Below are positions 38,688-53,344 of a stretch of DNA of 64,000 nt, piece by piece (the stretch's first letter is position 1; every line of letters begins with the position of its first letter). Position numbers and translations under genes: made by a program. The notes under the pieces were generated by a model. It made no database searches, was not told the origin of the DNA, and worked only from the letters and a program-made list of their open reading frames with translations. The stretch is from the human T2T-CHM13v2.0 reference genome, Homo sapiens, in NCBI RefSeq assembly GCF_009914755.1, contig NC_060928.1; one strand, written 5' to 3'.

Positions 38688-39880
38688 ATATTGCTGTGTA
38701 GCAAATCAGCTGTAAAATCTAGTAGACTAAATCAATATTTGTTATTTCAAAGTTTCTATGGTTAGGAGTTTGAGAGTAGTTACCTATGGGTTATGGCTGA
38801 AGGCGTCTCATTAGTTTGCACTCAGGATGTCAACAATGGCTGTAGTCATGAATTCTTGGCTAAACTTGAAGATCTACTGCCTAGTTCACTCACTTGCTGT
38901 GGCAGGAGGACTCAGTTCTTCACTGCTGGTGCTCAAGAGGCCTCAGTTCCTTACCATGTAGCCTTTTCGCTGGTCAACATGGCAGTTGGCTTCCCCCTGA
39001 CTACACAATCTGAGAGAGAGAAGACAAAATGCACAATGTCTTTTGTAACCTAGTCTCAGAAGTAATATACCATCACTTTTGTCAAATTTATTGGTCACAA
39101 AGATCAAACTTGATTTAGCATGGAAGAACAATATGTAAAGTATGAATACCAGGAGGTAGGGAACATTGTGGTCCATTTTGGAGGCTGTCTACCAGTCAAT
39201 GGTGTATTCCTCTCATATGCAAAGTACACTCAGCCCCTCCCAAGGCCATTCAAAGTATCATTCAATTACAGCATCAATTCAAAGTGCAGAATCTCAAAAT
39301 CTAAAGTGTGTATAGCCGTAGATGAGGTTTAAACACAGCAACTCAAGTATAGTTTTCCATTTTAACCTGTAAACTAATACACATGTTAGTAGTTTTTTGG
39401 TTAGGATTCAAGGCCTACTAAAAATTCTTGCTCTTTGTTCTGCCCTCTATGTTCTTTGTTCTAACCTCTGGGCAATTCTTTCTTATAAAGGTAGCACATG
39501 TTTTGCAGCAGAATAGTTTCTTCATCCTTATTTGTAGTTGTAGACATTGGTATCCAAAGGCCTCTTTTCATTTTACTCTTTGTCCCTTAAAGACCAAACT
39601 TGGAAAGTGTTTCTGTGAATATAACTCTCTTAAATTCCTTTTGGGGTTGCCTGTGAACCTTATTCGGGAATCACTTCCTTAGACAAAATACGTACCCACA
39701 AATCGCTTCAAGATAAGCCCTACTCTAACTTGAAATAGGTGCGGGATAACTCCTTTAAGCTTTTGAAATTTTAATTGTTTGACTGTGAAGTTCGATGGGC
39801 CATACCTTAAAACCTTAAACAAAAGGCATCTTCTGTGTGAGTGAACTAGGTACTCTGCAGCACCACATTTTATCTTTTAG
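38688..39880 (-). mobile_element. MLT1F-like LTR (about 38688-39195) with adjoining MLT1 internal sequence
   Basis: ATTGCTGTGTAGCAAATC...TGAATACCAGGAGGTAGGGAACATTGTGGTCCATTTTGGAGGCTGTCTACCA, followed by ATTCCTCTCATATGCAAAGTACACTCAGCCCCTCCCAAG (MLT-int-like). Confidence 0.7.
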
Positions 39881-40524
39881 GACAGCTCTACATTGATTAA
39901 ATAAATTTTAAGATAATAATTTTTTTTAATCTCAAATCATGTGGTTGTTGCACAGGTTTCCATGTTTATCAAAACTCATCAAATTACACATTTTGGATGG
40001 CAACACATGAAATATCATTACACAACTGTTAAGTGCCAGTGTCAGTGCTCCCATTTGTGGAGTTTTTAGTTTTCCCTTGTGAGACCTGTAAAACAACAAT
40101 GACCATTTATCATACAGACTAACTTAGTATTGTCAGTTCTTATAAATTATTACAAGTTATTTTCCCTCATTGTTAGAATAACATAGGTTAAAAAAATTTA
40201 CAAGGTAACATAGTCTTCATATACACATATGGATCCCATTGTATACTCCCTGGAGAAACCTCTGGTTTAGATAATGACATCTCTTAGACTGATAGATTTT
40301 TAGTAACAGTATTCTGCCTACATAAATAAGGCCTGGTTATGCTGCTGTACAACTTGGTCTTGAAAATAGATGAGGAGAGGAGGAAAGTATAATTCCATGA
40401 CTCTTGCTTTGTAAACAACCCTAATTTTCAACAGTCCTCTTGGAGAGATTAGAGAAGGTGGAGAAAAAGTCTTTCCTAACCCCAACCCCATTTCACTCAC
40501 AAAATTCCACTGGAGGAAGTATAT

Positions 40525-40745
40525 TGCAGTGGTAAAGATTACAGTTGTTTTGAATCGTAGAGATCTAGGTGTGAATCTCACTTCTGCCATTGTATAGCTA
40601 CTGTAAGTTGATTAATGTTTTCTTAAGTTTCTGTTTCATCATATGTAATATTAATAACTACCTCATAGGATTATTTGGACAATTAAGCAATAAAATGTGT
40701 ACAGAACATCACAGTGTGAGTTTGGGGTAGGCACTCATGAACATG
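40525..40745 (+). mobile_element. MIR
   Basis: GATCTAGGTGTGAATCTCACTTCTGCCAT...AGTTTCTGTTTCATCATATGTAATATTAATAACTACCTCATAGGATT. Confidence 0.7.
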
Positions 40746-41149
40746 AGCCACTGCAGTGATCTTACTTGTGTGATAATTGCCAACTATGTCAAGCCACGTG
40801 TGAAATATTTGAGATTTCTTAAACACTTAAAAATATAACAATTAAAAAAGCATATATATATTCTTTATATATATATACACATATATATCAGTAAATGCTT
40901 CTTAATAGCATAATGTGTTGTATTCATTGAATCAATATCAATCAATATTGAATCAATATCAATAAAATTATCAATAATTTTTAATAAAATTAAAATAATT
41001 TACCAATAATTTTTAATAAAAGCCATACTATCTAAAACTAAAACTAGAAGGATTATTGCCATTTATGCTTTTCTGGACATACTCAATTATGGCAGCACAT
41101 TTGACTTGACACCACTCCACAAAAGTACTACAACATGTCAATTGAATTT

Positions 41150-41800
41150 CCTGTTTAGAGTCAACATATACTGTGGTTGTTCCAGGTGAGAACTCAGGGT
41201 GACAGACCAGAATGAAAGAAATTGAGATAGAAGGGAAGAGATGTGTAGTGTTTTTTTGAAGTCTTGTCAATAGTACCTGCTTGTGAACTGGAATAGAGTG
41301 GTGACAGATAGAGAAAAATCAAGCATTACTCTGAAAGTTGTCACTTGAGTCACAGGCAGATTATATTGCCATTTTATGAGCCTTGGAAGACTAGAAGAGG
41401 AGTAACCTGTGCAAGACAGAAGGAAACAAGAGTTCTATTTTGATCAGGTGAAGGTTGAAATTCTTATTTCAACATGCAAATGTATGTGTCAAGCAGAAAT
41501 TTGAATTAATGTGTCTGTACATCCAGCAAGATCATGGCTAGAAATGTAGATTGATTATTCATGATCATATAGATTCTATTTAAAGTTATGGAAGAGAGAA
41601 TTTGTATTTAAAACCAGATTAGGATGTGCCAATATTTAATGATTGGAAAATCAAGAGAAAGAGTGTCCAGGGAGCTAGGAAGAACACTAAGAGCATAGTG
41701 TCTTTCAAAAAGCCAAGAGAAAATATTGCTTCAAGAAGGTCAGCTTGGGGAGGTGCTGAAAAGTAAGTAGGATAAGAAAAGATAAGCAATCGATTTGGCA
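41150..41800 (-). mobile_element. L2 fragment
   Basis: ACAAGAGTTCTATTTTGATCAGGTGAAGGTTGAAAT and AAAAGCCAAGAGAAAATATTGCTTCAAGAAGG are L2 motifs. Confidence 0.65.
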
Positions 41801-42230
41801 ATCCTTTGAAGTTAATTCCAAAAGCATAGTAATAAGCTTTAGGAATTTCAATATATAAAACAACCTATTCTAAGTGTTAACTTGGATAGTCAAAGCCTAG
41901 AATAGAAATAACCATTTCCATCTAGTTCTCAGTTGTTAAATTGTTTGTTAATTCCTTTATGGCATTGGTCTATGAATGTGAAAGACATGAAAATTAATAA
42001 TAGATGTCCTGAGTTTTAAAAATAGCTTTTAAAGTAAGACATGTCTTAGTTTTGGAAGGAAACTATAGATTTTATTAGGTTAATCAAGAATGATAAACAA
42101 AAATTCATTTTATAGAGTATTCTCCATGTTGAGGTATCATTTTTCTTTTAAAAAGTATTATTTATATTACTTAATGTTATTACTTAATACTGCAGAATAA
42201 ATCTAGCATAGTGATCACAGGATACAGTTA

Positions 42231-42615
42231 TGATATGATTAGGCTTTACGTCCCCACCCAAATCTCATCTTGAATTGTAATCTCCATTATCCCCATAATC
42301 CCCAGATGTCAAGGGAGAGACCATGTGGAGGTAATTGAATCATGGGGATGATTTCTCCCATGCTGTTCTTGTGATAGTGAGTGAGTTCTCAGGAGACGTG
42401 ATAGTTTAATAAGGGACTTTTTCCCCTTTCGCTCTGCACTTCTCCTTCCTGCCACCTTGTGAAGAAGGTGCCTTGCTTCCCTTTCATCTTCCACCATGAC
42501 TGTAAGTTTCCTGAGGCCTCCCCAGCCATGCTGAATTATGAGTCAAACATCTTTCTTTTTTAAATTACCCAGTCCTGGGCAGTTCTTTATAGCAGTATGA
42601 AAACAGACTAATGCA
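42231..42615 (+). mobile_element. THE1D-like MaLR solo LTR inserted in a MIR
   Basis: TGATATGATTAGG...CCCCACCCAAATCTCATCTTGAATTGTAAT...AGACTAATGCA; TSD AGTTA/AGGTA; MIR-like sequence on both sides. Confidence 0.92.
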
Positions 42616-44232
42616 AGGTACTAGAACAAACTGCTCAGATTTGAATTTCAGCTCTCACAATTACTAGGTGCATATGATTTTGGGCAGGGTGCCTAATCTC
42701 TCCGTGGAAATCTGGTCTCTTCCAAAAGTGTAATGGTGCATGTTCAAAACTACTAGATAATTTTAAGTTTTCCCTGGTGTTTTTATTACATTACTCTCCC
42801 AATGAGGTATAATATATTAATCTAAAATATATTTTATGTTAATTGTATTCTTATGCCCACAAAAAATATTTTGAGTACAAAAATCAAGTCACAGGTAAAT
42901 CCTCATACAGAATATGGAGTTAAAAATATGCAAACTTAAATAATATGTTGTTAAGTAATAGATATGTATATAGTAAGACCATAAGAAAAAAGATTTAAAG
43001 AGTAAGAAGATGCTAAACACCGTATTCAGGGTAAGATTATCTGTTAGAGGTAGTGGGGGAAGGCATGTGCAGTTACGAAGGGGCACACAGAGGTCTTTCT
43101 AGGTATTATTATTTACAATATATTTTCTTACATTTTTTCAAAATAATTATGTATACATGTTTTCTTATGTATGTGAAATCTTATATTAAAAAACTCACTT
43201 TCCAAGTGTATGTAATCCGAGTGGTTCCCTGTACAGCAACATTACTCCCCACAACCCTTTTTCTTGTGTATCCCTATGCCTGTAAAAATGGCAGAAATAT
43301 TTTGCCTACTCCTATGCTGTCAATGTATCTTCTGATATTTATATGATGTCAAAATGCAAGTGGAGCAGGATCAAGGTGAACAAATGTATACCCATATGCC
43401 AGAGATTTCTTTTCTGGTATGTGTACTTATATTATCTGCTAGTCATGCATAATATTTGATTGCTTATAAGAAAACGAACTGCAACCCACAGTTTTAACAA
43501 TAATGCCACCTTCATTGTACCTAACTGGTGTGGTAATCTATTTGTGTTATTATCATATTCAATAATTAATCAAATAACCACTAATGTGGTTTTATTATGC
43601 ATGTCTAACTTTCAGTTTTCTTCATGAATCCAGCATTAATGTTTCACTTGTAAAACAACTCACATACTTTTGTGTGATTCGATGGGCTAAATCCGACATT
43701 AAGAATTTCAAGCTGCAACATAACAGGTATACAGCAGACGGCACCCTGCAGAATCTCCAAGGAATACTTGAGTCGTCAGCGCTTCTGATGGGTTTTGGAA
43801 AAAGACAGTGAGCAGAGAATCACTTAAGCAAAGTGGAAAAGCCGTAATTGTGTTCCTCTGAGACACATTTTTACTGAAATTATGTTTTGTTTTTGTTTGA
43901 AAATCAGAATCAAAGGCATATTTAACTACAGTTAAAATAGCTGTTTTTAATGAGTGATTCTATCAAATATGATGTTACAAGTTTAGATAACATAATGCAA
44001 TTTCTTAAAAGTAGTATGAATCTAATAATATTCACATGTTTACAGATGAGCAAAAGTGTTTCAGAATCTAGTGACTCGTTTAGCTGGAATGCACTTATTC
44101 CTTAACTGTATCATTTTAACCTTGATAAAATTGAAAACTTGTGGAAATTGATGGACTTTATTTTAGTTTAGATTTACCAGTAGATAGACATTTACTATTT
44201 CAAATATTGTCATTTTAAATATGTTATTTTCT

Positions 44233-44638
<406 letters not shown>

Positions 44639-44826
44639 TCAATTTATATTTAAGATAAATACGTGTGAACATAAGTAGACCCATTTGTTTTGTTCTCTTT
44701 GATTAAATGGACTTTTGAGCAGACTATGAAGAGTGGAGTGTTTAAAAAAAATAATGATTTCTCATGAAATATTCACTTCACTTCTCTTGAAAACATGAAT
44801 ATTGTTTTGTTATGCATGATCTACAT

Positions 44827-45040
44827 TAGGAGTCAGCAAACTTTTTCTGTCAAGGCTAGTTAGTAAATATTTTAGGTTTTTCTGACTGTATATTTTCTGT
44901 ATTTCAACTCCTCAACTAAGTTGTAGTGTGAAAGCAGCTACATTAAATGAATGAATGTGTGTTGCTAGTTCCCATAACACTTTGTTTAAGGAAACAGGCA
45001 GCTGTCCAGATTCAGGATTTGTCCTGGGCCTGTCATCCTA
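44827..45040 (+). mobile_element. MER58A hAT-Charlie MITE
   Basis: AGGAGTCAGCAAACTTTTTCTGTCAAGGCTAGTTAGTAAATATTTTAGGTTT...GTTGTAGTGTGAAAGCAGC. Confidence 0.8.
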
Positions 45041-45094
45041 TACTACTTCAGAGAGAGGAGATTAAACTGTCATGGGAGGCATTGGGTCCGTGAC

Positions 45095-45320
45095 ATTGGA
45101 GCATTAGTTTTAGGAGCAAGAATATACAGTCTAAATCTTATTCCATTACTAGTTAAATGTTCTTAGGCAGGTTGTTTAAATTCTTTGCCTCAGTAGGTTG
45201 GGGATAACAGTCACATATCACTTAGGTTTGTAGAGAATATTAAATGTGTTAATATACTTCAAATGCATGGAACAGTGTTGGACACATAGCAAATGCTCAA
45301 TACGTATTAGATATTATTTT
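45095..45320 (+). mobile_element. MIR
   Basis: CTTAGGCAGGTTGTTTAAATTCTTTGCCTCAGT...GAACAGTGTTGGACACATAGCAAATGCTCAATA. Confidence 0.7.
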
Positions 45321-45798
45321 ATGATTTTCACAAAGTCTGAGGGCCACTAGTGAAACAAAGAAACTGGATTTGCCATTAGACAAGCCTGAATTCAAATCTT
45401 AGATCTACAAAAATTTAAGAATGTAATTTAATTCAGTTTTGTTTAATTTCTTTAGCAGTCATAGGTTTCTTTGGGTGTAATAAGGGGATTAAAAAAATCA
45501 TATAAATGTTGTTGTAAAGGTTAGATTTCATTTGTGTCTGGCAATGGAAGGATCTAAATAAATGTTACTTCTCTTTCCCCCTTAAAAAGTTTTTTTTAAT
45601 TTTAGTATTAATTCTAAATTTGTTGCCCAGGTTGGTTTTGATTGCTGGCTTGATAGTACATTTATGATTATAGTTTTCTCTAGAACTGGTCCTTGATTTT
45701 AGTATCCTATTTCTTTCATGTGCCAGAGCTGAAGTTTGGGCCTTGAGCCTCACGTTTGTTGCAGAGATTCTTTTGCTAGTTCACAGGATTTCTAAACA

Positions 45799-46127
45799 CA
45801 GGTTTAATATCCCTTATCCAAAACACTTAGGATCAGAAGTGTTTCAGATTTCAGAGTTTTTGGATTTTGGAATATTTGCGTATATGTAATGAGATATCTT
45901 GGGAATGGGACACAAGTCTAAACACAAAATTCATTTGTGTTTCATATACATCCTAAGCACACAACCTAACGATAATTTTATACAATATTTTTAATAGTTT
46001 TGTTCATGAAGTAAACTTGTGTTATGTGTTCATGTGTGGAATTTTTCACTTGTGGCACCATGTTGGCACTCAAAAAGTTGTAGATTTTAGAGAATTTTTG
46101 ATTTTTGGATTAGGGTTGCTCAATCTG
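45799..46127. mobile_element. Tigger4b-type MITE, opposite orientation to the copy at 33383
   Basis: CAGGTTTAATATCCCTTATCCAAAA...GATTAGGGTTGCTCAATCTG|TA; its interior is the reverse complement of 33383-33713. Confidence 0.88.
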
Positions 46128-46129
46128 TA

Positions 46130-46815
<686 letters not shown>

Positions 46816-49800
46816 TCAACCTGTACTTCTTATCCACCTTTCTAAGTCTCTGATCAAGTTACATTGTTTCATAGCAAATTTTGGATAGGATATCAGTGAA
46901 TTATAAGCATGTCCAAATAGATACCTACGTTTACCTAGGTTTTAAAATCTTTCCAAAATTTTGTTTTGTTTTTAAGAAATATTCAAAAATGTTCGATGAA
47001 ACAGAGATGTGTTGTAAGTGCTTTTCTTGCAAGGAATTCTGTGTTATAGTAATGATATTCGTAGCTTCTATTTGAAGCCAAACAATTTTAATTCATCTAT
47101 ATCTTCTTCTAAACAATTTCCTTTATATCTATACTTATAGTCTTCAAGGTGACATTTTATCTAGATATGTAGGGATTTACTGTTTACAACTTAAAACATT
47201 ATTTTAATTGCGTATTCTCAGATGGAACAATCCTAATTTGCTGTTGTTTACATTGTATTATTTATTTCTATTCAGGGCTTTGGAAAGGCTCACAATCATC
47301 ATATTTTTGTTTAACTTAACTCTTGGTTTATGGTTTTGACACATGGTCATAAAAACATGCTTTGATAAGGTGTGATCTAATTTAGTACCTACTGAAACTC
47401 TATGTCCCAATATGCCCTTACTGCTTTTTAAACCTAAGGCTGTTTTGAACCAAAAGCCAATTTTCTAATACTGGAAGGCTCATTTGCTCCACATTATTGA
47501 GAAACATATCTATTTTATTTAAGTACTTTAGAAATATCCTTGCTAGGGCTGTGTCAAATTTAAATACCACCGGAAAGATAATTGAAAACGCTAAATAATC
47601 TTGAATTGTTTCTTCTGAATATTTCTCTTTACTTGGTTAACATCCAAGACTATGTATCTTACTGACAAATTGTTTAATATCTGTCAAAGTTATATTTCTT
47701 TTTTCTAGAAACCCTCAGAAGAGGAAACAATTTTTTTTTGGTAATGAATTGTGGTAAAAGAGCAGTAAATATTGCCATGGATACATATAATTCTCTGGAC
47801 CACAGGCCAAAAAACTGCTGGCGTTGATTTTGGGGAAAAAAATCAGCAGATAACATCTAAATCTCTGTGCATATAGCAAAAATAGGAATTTTGGGGGAAA
47901 AATAATCATACTATATAGTAATTTGTGTTTGGATTTGAGAATATTATAATAGTAGAGAATGAAAGTGATACCAGGATGCCTGAAGTGTGTGTATGTGTGT
48001 GTGCAGGAACATACATGAGTGCAAGTACACAAGTGCCTATATGTTCATTGGGTTTGAGTGTGTGTATTTGTATACACTGGGGTTTAGGAGGTAGAGTTGG
48101 AAGGGATCTTAAAAATAGACCTAAAAAACAAACACCTTAAATGCATAGATGACATCTATTGCTTCCTCTCTGTCAGGTTAAATTTGGCCTCATTGAAATT
48201 TCTACCCAACCTTGCAAAAAAATACCAGGATGCATAAACCAGGAAGTATGTCTGCATTCAAACATTGCTTCTGAGCCATTTCTTGGTATCCTTATTGTCA
48301 GGTCTATCCTGCTTTTCTTCACTATGTTAACTGAACTTACTATTTCTGTCTACTTTTAGGCTCTGACTTTGACCTTTCCTGTGTGTGAATTTAATTTCTC
48401 CCTCTTAGCAGTAAAGCAATGCATAGATTACTTTTAATGACCCACCCTTTCCTTTCATTTGCATTAGCCCTATGATATTCTATATCTTCTTACTTTCCTA
48501 GGGTAGTAGAAGTCTTGGCTTGTTTTGCCAGACAGAGCAAAAGTGGCCTGGGATCCACCTAAATCTCGTAAAATATTTCCTTACACAGAACGCAAAATTG
48601 CTTAGTACTCTCTACAAATACCCTCATCCCCCCACCCCAACACACATCCTTTTCATTTTAAATGATAGCCCAGGATAAATGGTGTGTTTCCATCAGTGCT
48701 TCAGATTGCCATGTTCTTTCAGCTCATTATGCGCCCACCCAAATTGAATTTCTGTCCCTAGCATGATAAGCAAGCATTTAGGTTTAATTGAGAATTCTCC
48801 TTATCTTATTATAATGAGAATTTTTAACACCACCATTTCTGTAACCATTATGGTAGTTTAACTGCTGTTTTCTGATTATCAACTTTTGTGAGACTTTTAC
48901 CATGTGCAGAGTGAGCCAGGTTGGCCACTGCCACAAGCGCTGTGGTATTGTTCCTTTATAATTTTTGAGAGTAAGACATGGACAGAGTAAATTGTGTTTA
49001 AGGAGGGGTTTTTGTTGTTGTTGGTGTTTCTCAGGTAGACACATATGAGCACATTAACCGCTTTTACAGGGCTTTCTAGATTTCAAAAAGCTATTGGTCA
49101 ATTTAGCAAATGTTAGTATTTTCAAACTTCTTAGAAATGTTCTTTATACTCTGCCATGAAAATTAAAACATAAAACTAGAAATTTGAAAGATCATAGCTT
49201 TTCTCCCCAAAAGCATGCTATGTATTTGTAAGGTAAGTAAAATGAGTGAAATAGGATGAATATTCAGTGATTTTAAAAATTGTGAAAAATAAAAACTATT
49301 TTTGACAATTAAAAAAATAGTAGTGTACTCTCCACTTTATACAAAATATATACTTTAAAATAACATTGATTGTAGAGTCGGGTGTAGGAGAACAAAAAGC
49401 AAATTCCAAAAATAGTTTATTTTACATTTGTTTAGGATAAGTTTAAATGGACTTAAGTCATTTGTCCTAAGAGTTTAGGAAGTGAAGAAATTTCAAGATA
49501 GTAAGAAATCCAGATGAAAATGAAACTAATCAATCCATAAGTAATAACAATTGGTATTTGGCTTATACGTTATGTGAAAAACAGCAACAACAAAAAATAT
49601 TCATGCCTGTGCTTAACATCTCAGTGGGGAGAAATAGGCAGAGGAAAACATGTTTAAAATAAGATAATTTATACGATATTTTAATTGTGCCTCCATTTCT
49701 TAAGGGAACTTTTTTTCATTCACTATCTGCTTGAGCTTTATGTTTACCTTTTAGGTTCAATATTAGAGTATTAGGTGCAATTATTTTATAGGCTCCTTAC

Positions 49801-49918
49801 CGTAGTTATAGAATTCAGTTTAGACATAGACTCACAGTTTTTTGTTCAGTTTATCAACAAATTTTCATTGTATGTCAGTCTCTGAGTCTACAAAAAGGAA
49901 AGACAAAATGAGAGGAAT

Positions 49919-49981
49919 AAAGGAAAAAAAGAAGAAAGAAAGAAAGAGAGAGAGAAAGAAAGGAAAGAAAGAAAGAAAGGA

Positions 49982-50041
<60 letters not shown>

Positions 50042-50044
50042 GAG
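49919..50044. repeat. 126-nt pure-purine tract including perfect (AAAG)15
   Basis: Only A/G from 49919 to 50044; uninterrupted AAAG units at 49981-50040. Confidence 0.97.
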
Positions 50045-50163
50045 TTGCCCTCAAGAAAGAAGTATACAAGTTCCTGGTATTCAAAAAATTAAGTCATACT
50101 TAAAGCCTGAAATTTCTGTGGTTGTAGGGCATACTATAAGAGAGAGTTTCTAAGAAAACCAGT

Positions 50164-50457
50164 TGTTATGGAATGAATTGTATGTCCCCAAAATTAATAT
50201 GTTAAAGCCCTAATTAGGGCCCTAATTCAATATGATTGTTGTCTTTATAAGAAGACAAAGAAACAGTAAAAGCCAAGTGAGGACAGAGAGAGAATGCACC
50301 ATCTGCAAGCCAAGAAGAGAAGCTGTAGGAGAAACCAAACCTGCTGACATCTTGATCTTGGACTTCTAGCTCCAGGACTTTGAAAAAATAAATTTCTGTT
50401 CTTTTAGCCACCCAATCTGTGGTATTTTGTTATGGCAGCCCTAGAAAAGTAATATAC
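50164..50457 (+). mobile_element. MLT1A0-like LTR with an internal deletion
   Basis: TGTTATGGAATGAATTGTATGTCCCCAAAATT...GTGGTATTTTGTTATGGCAGCCCTAG. Confidence 0.85.
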
Positions 50458-50962
50458 CAGTCAATATCCCAAATACAGTAGAAAGAACAAAGCCAAGATT
50501 AGATTTTATATGGGGAACCTTAGGACTTTGTGTGTTGTACTAATATGGGGAAGACAACCAAGAGAGTAACACGGTCTTATAATATTAGTGACAGAGCAGA
50601 AGTTAGCTGCTGCTTCTTACACATTCATCTATGTGCATGGCGATAAGGCTTGACAGCTTTGCACTGATAAGAAAACAGGGGCAATGCTCCTTGAATGGTT
50701 TCACTATTAAAATGGCCAAGAGGTTAAGTGAATTTTAAGAAATTTTTCATACAGAAGCATGTTGTGAAAATAACAATCCTGTCCAGAAATTAATTTGTGG
50801 GTTAATATGCAGGACATATTAGAATAAAGTTTATTGGGAGAAATGAAGATCAACTTTGATTCAGGTTTGAAATAGTAAGAATATGGAGTGTGGCAGTGGC
50901 AATGGGAAGCTAAGAAGAGAGAGGCTGAAGATTATATAAAAATTGGAAATGAAGAGATTAAT

Positions 50963-51338
50963 TACTATTATAAACAGTATGCTTGTGCCCTCTCAATATT
51001 CACATGTTGAAAGACTAACCTTCAATGTGACTATGCTTAGAGACAGGGCTTGTGAGGATGTAATAAAGGTTAAATGAGGTCACAATCGTGGGGCCCTGAA
51101 TCAGTAGGGTGGGTGCACTTAGAGGAAGAGACACCAAAGTTTTCTGTCTCTACCATGTGAGGACACAGTGAGAAGGCAGCTATTTGCAAGCCAGGAAGAG
51201 AGCCATCACCAAGAACTGAATCTGCCAGCCCCTTCATCTTGGATTTCCCAGCCTCCAAAACTGTGAGAAATATATTATCTGTTGTTTAAGCCATCAGTTT
51301 ATAGTATTTTGTTATAGCAGCCCAAACATATTAAGACA
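50963..51338 (+). mobile_element. MLT1A-like LTR
   Basis: AAGGTTAAATGAGGTCAC...CCATGTGAGGACACAGTGAGAAGGCAGC...TATTTTGTTATAGCAGCCCAAACATATTAAGACA. Confidence 0.85.
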
Positions 51339-51462
51339 AAGTGGTTGGGTACTTTGAAACTAATATTTTAACTAAAGCACTCTGAGCTTTAGAAATCATA
51401 TTTATAATAACTATAATACATTTCCAAAGAAAGTATAATTTAGTGAAAATAAAGGGTCAAGG

Positions 51463-52024
<562 letters not shown>

Positions 52025-52539
52025 TTAAGGAAAGGAACATGTTAAGATAGTAACAGGATAGTTTGGACACCAGACTTGTAAAGACTTTGGATAAAACTTA
52101 TGATGAAAAAAGGAATGTGATGAATAGAAACAAGTCATTCTGAAACAACCTGCTTGTGCAATAAAAGAAAGGGAGATAATCAGTGAATGAAAGGGAATAC
52201 CATATCAGGTCCAACCTCTTCAACAGCTAATATCTACTCTTTAATATGTTACCCCACTTTACAGTCAGCATGCTTATAAATAGTGCTTCTTGGTATCAAT
52301 TTTGCCTTTCCCTAAATACCTACATATTTTTTACACCATCATTTTACTGAATACCAATAATTAAAACCCAGGCTCTACTTTAACACAGTTTTATGCTAAG
52401 CCAATGTGTCACTAAGTCCTTTTCTTTCTGTAAAATCTTTTCTTCCTACCTCAACTTTTCTTCTCCATTTCTATAACCAATGCTCTAGTCTAAAATTGCT
52501 TTAAATATGTGAAATCTTGTAATAGTCTCATAACTAAGA

Positions 52540-52700
52540 AGCAGTATTGCAAAATGTTTAAGAACATAAACTATGAAGTCGAACTAACTTGGGATAGAAT
52601 CTTGTCTCTGACGTTTGCATACTAAGTGCCTTTGGGGAAGTTATTTAATGTCTTCAATTCTGTTTCTTCATTTGTAGAATAAAGACTTGAATAATAGTAG
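52540..52700 (+). mobile_element. MIR fragment
   Basis: CCTTTGGGGAAGTTATTTAATGTCTTCAATTCTGTTTCTTCATTTGTAGAAT. Confidence 0.6.
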
Positions 52701-52850
52701 ACGAGAAAGGCTAATTACTACAGATAGAGAGAAAGAGAAATTTTCTCCTTTCTCTTCATTAATCCACTCATATCTATTTCATCATGTTATTTTCTCAAAA
52801 AATTTTAGCAGATTTCTATTTCATGGAAAATAAAGCCAAATTCATTCTTT

Positions 52851-53337
52851 ATTCTACTATAAAGATACATGCACACGTATGTTTATTGTGGCACTATTCA
52901 CAATACCAAAGACTTGGAACCAGCCCAAATGTCCATCAGTGATAGACTAGATAAAGAAAATGTGGCACATATACACTATGGAATACTATGCAGCCATAAA
53001 AAAGGGTAAGTTCATGTCCTTTGCCAGGGATATGGATGAAGCTGGAAACCATCATTCTCAGCAAACTAACACAGGAACAGAAAACCAAACACCACACGTT
53101 CTCACTCATAAGTAGGAGTTGAACAATGAGAACACATGGACACAGGGATGGGAACATCACACACCGGGGTCTGTCAGGTGGTGGGGGATAGGGGAGGGAT
53201 AGCATTAGGAGAAATACCTAATGTAGGTGACAGGTCGATGGGTGCAACAAACCACCATGGCACGTGTATACCTACGTAACAAAACTGCACGTTCTCCGCA
53301 TGCATCCCAGAACTTAAAGTATAATTAAAAAAAAAAA
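52851..53337 (+). mobile_element. 5'-truncated L1PA7/8 3' end with poly-A
   Basis: ATTCTACTATAAAGATACATGCACACGTATGTTTATTG...AAACCACCATGGCACGTGTATACC...AACTTAAAGTATAATT(A)n. Confidence 0.93.
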
Positions 53338-53344
53338 GTTTGTA

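Noticed and set aside
40925-41020. Nested short AT-rich duplications (ATTGAATCAATATCAAT x2; CAATAATTTTTAATAAAA x2)
   Set aside because: Ordinary slippage in very AT-rich DNA with no sign of function.
49842-50153. Lys/Glu/Arg-rich 103-aa ORF (and the Phe/Leu/Ser ORF on the other strand)
   Set aside because: Translation of the (GAAA)n microsatellite.
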